From NCBI GenBank assembly GCA_964199315.1, contig OZ116698.1, positions 34,596,001 through 34,660,000 on the forward strand: a DNA stretch of 64,000 nt, given 5' to 3'. Numbering within the stretch: position 1 is the first letter of the stretch; each line of letters starts with the position of its first letter. Positions 57,983-64,000 of the stretch are shown here, piece after piece. This stretch comes from Orbicella franksi. Its lineage: Eukaryota. The notes under the pieces were generated by a model. That model made no database searches and was not told where the DNA came from. It was given only the letters and a program-made list of their open reading frames with translations. The position numbers were made by a program, and so were the translations under genes.

Positions 57983-60900
57983 TGCAAAACAAAGCGCGTT
58001 ACTTTAGAAATTTTCAACGCTACTGGCGTTATTTGAAGATAACTTCACAATTACTTTTGTAGGCGAACACACTATGAATTTCCTCTCGAATCGAAGATAT
58101 TATTTATTAACATAGTTACGTAAGCCGCAGTAATAAAAGATGAAAAGCACATTTGTTATACATAGGTCACAAGACACAGAAATAGATTTGTGACGACAGA
58201 AATCCTATATAAAGATCCAGTATTGGTTGCCCTCTTTGTTTTAGGTGACTTTTATATTCAGTGCTTTAATATAAGTAATAGTCTTGTCATAAATTTCGTA
58301 ACAAGCAAAGATGATTCCACCTGATTTCTCCAGTATTCGAAACGTTAAGAAGCGTTAAGGACAGCAAAAACTAGAAAACGTGGCGAGATTTTACTGGTTA
58401 AGAGATACATTAAACTAAGTAATAAGTGTTAAAACTATGAGAAGCAAAGTTTGGTGTTTGGTTTTAATAAACTATATCGGAAAACGATACAGTTTATGTA
58501 TCAGTTTATGTTTACAAAAGGGTCATAAGTATCAATAACTAGGAGATAAGTTAATTCTAATAATTTACTTGTCAACTGATCAGTCTGGTTTTCAATGGAT
58601 GTTAAAGTTGTATTCTCCTAAAATGAAGTAACTGACCGAAAGTAAAGTGACTCTTCTTGGTCCTGTTGCCTCTAACTTCAGATACACTTTAAGTAAAGGG
58701 TTTTTTCTCAAAATAATGATAATAATAATAATAACTAATAATAATAATAGTAATAATAAAAACAAAAACATTCTAAGGTATGTTGTGGTAAATTCTGCCG
58801 GATTATTTCCATAATTATTTCCACTGACGTCACCACTTACGTAACGTCTAACAAAGCGAAAAAATTAAATTGATTATATGTGATATTGGACAGATTGGAA
58901 GATCGAGTGAGGGATATAAAAACTATGTATGCGTATATTAGCCTTGTCCTTGTAATATATTCGTCTAGAAAAATATTTATTCACGTTTCCTAGTTTCAAT
59001 CAGATAAAGACATGTGAAGTGGGAAAGGAAAGGTTCTGCAGACGTCTTAAAAATGCCTTTTATCTTTTCATTTCCTTCACAACACACTTTTGCTACTTTC
59101 GGTACGTAATCTATATTTTCGTGGTTATCTAATCCATAAATCTTTTTCCAAAATATCAGAAACAGTTCTGTGAAAAATGGCTTTAATCAGATACCGAATT
59201 TATAAAGGTAAAAGGGCTCTTCTGGCTCAAATAATTGCTTGTATTTTTGCTCAAAAAAGACATCACGGAACTCCCCGTCAAGACTCCACAAATTGTACTT
59301 TTTATGCAAAATATATACTAATACTAAATAAAACTTACCATCGCTTGGTAGAAAATTTCTTTTCATCTCGTATAACAGTTCTAAGCTTTCCAGCCTTAGA
59401 GGGCTCTTTTGGTGATATCATTAAGATCCGCGCAAAGAAACGACAATTTTATTTCAATGTGAGCAATTTCGATCCTCAGAGTACAATACTTGTTGTTATG
59501 TTGTGACCTTGTTTTAAATCAGACTTTTCATTCGCCGATAACTTGCCATGGTAACTTAATAAACAGGAGGTGAACTTTAAAATCCAAGCAAGCAACAGCC
59601 ACTTATGTAAACTTACTATTTTTTGCGCTGTGCGGTTTAAATCAAAACATTGACGCAGGTAAAACGAACAAATGATACTTTGCTAATTGATTGTAAGTCT
59701 ATTTATAAACAAAGTCGTTTATAAAAATGCCTATTTTAACCTTAACAATTAGGTTAAATGCTATAAAGTTTAAATCTTAAAGCACGATCTCATCTACATG
59801 TAGGTCAATATTGCTCAACAGAGATATAACCCCGAGATGTTTGCCTGAGAACAAAAACTACGTGCCTGCGTTGAATTTGCTATTTTTGTTTGAGACAAAA
59901 AGGGAACTGTATTTTGTAAATAACACTAATATAGCTGTGCCTCAATTAAATGTATTATTTTTGTCGTTACACTGCAACCGCTCTTATACGTCGCATCAAT
60001 ATATTTAAAAGTTCAATGCGATTACGTCCCTTGAATATTTGACTACAAAGGTGTTCTAATATCACAAATTGCCCCAAGCGAGTGTCTGAAACGGTGAAAA
60101 GATGATAAACGTAACATGTGCAGTTTCAGAGCGACAAAAACGTACGTTTGAACTGTAAGTAGCAAAAAGTATCCTTTTTCCAAATTTGAAGAGTCATATA
60201 TTCTTTGTGTTTAAGCGCCAAACATTAGTATAACTGATGAACTTTATATCTTAAGCTAAGAGTTACCCATCAGAAAAGTAATTAAACTAAAAAGTGGGGA
60301 GAATCTTAGTTGTCAAAATTGAGTGCGACAAATCTCGATTTATATCTTTCTAAAAGTTGTTAATATCACGCCAAAAGATAAGTCAAGAAACCCGTACTCA
60401 AAAAATCTACAGGTCACTGAGCAATAACTTATGATAAATTTGTAAACAATGGACGACATGAATTAATTCTTCTTTAAAGTTAAAAATAGTTCAGTACAAA
60501 AAATAAATAAATAAATACAAAATTGGCACCTGGACAAGACAGAAGCAAATGCGCTTTACAGTCAGTTACCAATATAACAACTTTACATCACGCAATATGT
60601 TAAATATCAGAAGTGCTTTAGATCTAAGCAGTGTAACAAATGGAACCTACTTATATTATATATTTCTAATATTGGAGTTCATTATCCGACATATTGATCA
60701 GTTATTTCAAGAAAATTACTCGGCAATGAGTCATTTATCCATGTGTTTACACACCGGTATTTACATTGGTTTCCAAGCAACGTTAAACTGCAATACTGAA
60801 AAACCTTCTTAATTTTTCTTTGTTCTTTTACAAATAGTTTCTCCTAGGTTTTGCTGATCAATTTAAAGTATAATACATATAGTTTTGATTTACTAATACC

Positions 60901-63900
60901 AAATTTTAAAAAAAACAGTCAATGTCACGTTTTCTTTCTGAAAAATGTATATCACAATGTAAATAGAAATCTATTATTATTGTATTAAAGATGCATACAT
61001 GTGAATTGAGACTTTTTACAACAAAACAAAATACACTTCAACATTGAGGTTATTTAAATATTAAAAATTTACGAAGAAAATTAGGCTAAAAATATGAACT
61101 AAACGATCAAGGAAAGGTCCGTTGTTTTCAAACTTAATATCCTACTATTACTTAATCCTTTTTCGCGATATTGTCAACGTTTTGTGGGTAATCAAGCTGA
61201 CAAAGTTGAAAAATGTTCGTCTCAGTAAAAGATATGATAAAGTCTTGCAGGGATTATAGAAAAATTCATGGTCCAAAAAGTTGCAAACAAAACAAGTTGC
61301 ATAGTCTGAGTGTAGAAAAGAAGTAACGGTAACTTGCGGTAACTCAAAACTTGTAGTCAATCAAGATTGTAAAATCAAATTCGTACTGGTCGTAAAAACT
61401 GCAGTTGTCGAGAAGTAACCAAAACGGCTACAAGCGAAGTTAACTACACTTATTTGCTTAGTTTTGGCGTGCTGCAAGTAATTAATTTTATACTCCACTG
61501 CCTGCACATGTTTGATGAATAAAGAATCGCTCATGCGTGAATTCCTGAAGTAAGTCATAAACACGTTACGCTCGCTGTCTGTCCAACATCACCCGTGATA
61601 TTGAGTAAAACCACTATTTGGCGCCTTGCGAGCTAGGATGAATATTCCTCTACCTTTTGCTACAAGTGTCTGAAGAATATAAGATCCTAGGTCGAAAAAT
61701 CAAAAAAGTCCGAAACAGGAAAAAATTCCACACGCTTCAGGTAGTCCTAAAGATCATTAACACAAAACAACAGTTATTTGAGGCAAGAAACGTTCGATAA
61801 AATGGCCATAGGATCAGCTTTGGCTTTGAAGTGAAGAACTTCGCTTACACTACAAAAACCAATTATAGCCCGTCTACGAATATGTAAAACGAGAAGTTTG
61901 TTATGGCCGGAAAGTTACGTGGATTATGTCAGTTTCGGCGCGAAAACCTACCATCATATTTAATCCCTCTCTTATGCCACTTTCTATGAGTTGCTCCGTC
62001 CTCTTCGGGAAAGATCAAATTTCGCCAGTTGCACTTCAACAATGCTGATGGCTTTGATTTTTTCACTTGATTTGTGAGAGCTTGGAGTAAAAACGTTGCC
62101 GCACCGGTAGGCTGCTCGGCTTACTACTGACGTGCGTCATATGCACACAGGCTATTATGATGTCAAAACTGGTTGGCGATTTCGAAAACAAGTGATCATG
62201 TGCCACTTGTTATATAATGGACTTATCACGGTTGAAAGAACAAAGCTCTTTATCAATACGATATAGACAATAAAAGGGAAAAAAAACATCTTTGAGATTA
62301 ATTAACGAACTTTCATACGGGCTGAATAATTCGCAACAGTTGTTAAAGTTAGGAAAACGCAAGTTGTTTGGACTTGTTCAGTGTCGGTTTCGATGGTATG
62401 AAATATTTTCAAGGAAAGTGTAAAAGTTTTAGTCGAAAGTAGTTTTCGTCTTGTTAACCTGGAGGCTTAGTGCAACTGGGTTCCCATTTTAAGGGCTTTG
62501 TCTTAACACGTTTCGATCCTTAGAATTTTAGCATCAATGGATGAGCACTTTTGTTTGTGAAAGACAATTTAATATCGTGTGCCATTGTGTTCAGCTCTTC
62601 ACGCATCATTTACCCCCAGCTGCTTTCAAGCTTTTTTCCTGTTTCGTTGAATTAATAATCAAGTAAAATTATTTCTGAATCAAACTATCAACCCAAAACG
62701 TTGTAATTCTTAAACGAATTTACTGTTCTGGGTAACGTTCTCATGGCAAAGCATTCTATACCAATGCAACAACCCGCTTAACTTGCCACTCTTCAATATG
62801 CCGTTACTTCAATTAAAAACGCAATGCCGCTACGTTGCATAAAATACTTCCATGGCTAAAGTAAACTCTCGCTTTAATTGACGTGATTTGAGTAAATATA
62901 TCACGTCGTTTCATTCAAATATTAAATGCTTGGTATTTCATAAGTTTTTTCCTAACCAGGAATGTTTTTATAGAAGGTAATAGCCTCGGAAGGGTTCAAT
63001 ATCCGCAAAGAACTATATATTTTCCTGGCAAGTTTACAACTGCTGAGGGAAGTATCTCGAGGGTTAATACAGGATTTAGCGAAAACCTTCAGCGACAATT
63101 TATTCTTTTCAAGTTTGCTGAATGACACAAAAAAATTGAAGTTACTCAAGCAAACAGTAATCACGCATTTCTAAATCTTCAGGAGTACTGAAACTCTAAT
63201 GAAGGAAAACCGAAATATGTTTGCCTTGTTTCTCGTTTTGAAATTAAATGACATGTTAGAAGTCCTTGACTCTCTCGATCTCAGTTTTCCAAGGGAAAAT
63301 TCTGTCCGTTTTTCGCCGTAGTTTTTGTACTAACTTCAAGTAACCTTCATTGCGTAATTTTTCCTGCTTCAAAAAGATGAAAACTATGTGAGCAGAGCTG
63401 AAACAAATTGGTCAACAGAGATGCAATATATACGCATGTTGTCTACCCACAATCGGTTTTGTTTCATTTTCGTTGGAAAGAGAAGCACTGCTCCCTTCTT
63501 TTTCGAAGTCGGCTCAAATAACAACATCTCCGGAGTTTAATATACGAGTCCAGGTCGGAAACTTATTCTTTCACAAATGATGCATTTGTTGACGGTTAAG
63601 ATGGCAATATTGTCGCTTTGCTTCATAGCGGCACGTTATCAGTTTATTTGAAGAACCAATATGATATCCTTTGTTTTCGTTCTTTTAATTCATTTTCGAT
63701 TGAAAGCATAATTCCCGCCAAGTTCCGCATTGCCAAAGATAATTATTCTAATTACAGAGTAGCAGGCTTTTTATGCTCTTCATCATCAGGCCTAATCCAA
63801 AAAGTGATCAAATCCGCTCAGGTTTTCACGTACAGATTTTCCTGTCTTCTTTAAAAGCTTAAAACCTTTCAAATTTCCACCGTTTAAATTAGATTACAAT

Positions 63901-64000
63901 GGTTTACTTTATGTTTCTTTTTCCATGATGACGTCAATATTTCTGAACCGGTAAATAAATTGTCATACAGCATGGTGATTATAACTAGAGTCAGACTTGT

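Noticed and set aside
61361-61600. WTDSERNVFMTYF.. resembling a SANT/Myb helix
   Set aside because: Preceded by an in-frame stop, only one motif-like Trp, no further support; needs a profile search.
62960-63125. Exon-like segment after the strong acceptor TTTTTCCTAACCAG
   Set aside because: All frames hit stops or lack a convincing donor, and I recognise no homology.
58000-64000. A sixth PRDM6 paralog
   Set aside because: No knuckle, PR or zinc-finger motif found on either strand.

Overview
Eukaryotic, AT-rich, repeat-dense DNA, most likely a stony coral or other anthozoan (inferred from repeat types and GT-AG gene structure, not proven). The window holds a cluster of five spliced PRDM6-like genes (short N-terminal motif + zinc knuckle + PR/SET domain + C2H2/C2HC fingers). 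G1 is on + (947-4114); G2-G5 are on - (10384-19179, 22017-25215, 28186-37542, 55239-57982). All five models close in frame with shared intron positions and phases. The paralogs have diverged in informative ways. Finger 3 is nearly invariant while finger 2 varies. G3 has eroded finger 1 and lost finger 4, yet its PR exon core is 95% identical in DNA to G1. G1 and G3 have a re-wired zinc knuckle, G4 lacks one catalytic Tyr, and G2 has a candidate alternative first or poison exon. Between G4 and G5 lies a complete but decayed DIRS-type tyrosine-recombinase retrotransposon (41510-53062, -). It has ITRs, an ICR and a putative leader intron, and is interrupted by a full-length Mag-like Ty3/Gypsy element (48002-52502; RT motif KQDD) and by a 2.2-kb repeat-array insert with a fold-back junction. 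MITEs, a SINE, LINE tails and satellites fill the remainder. All coordinates and alignments were derived by eye.
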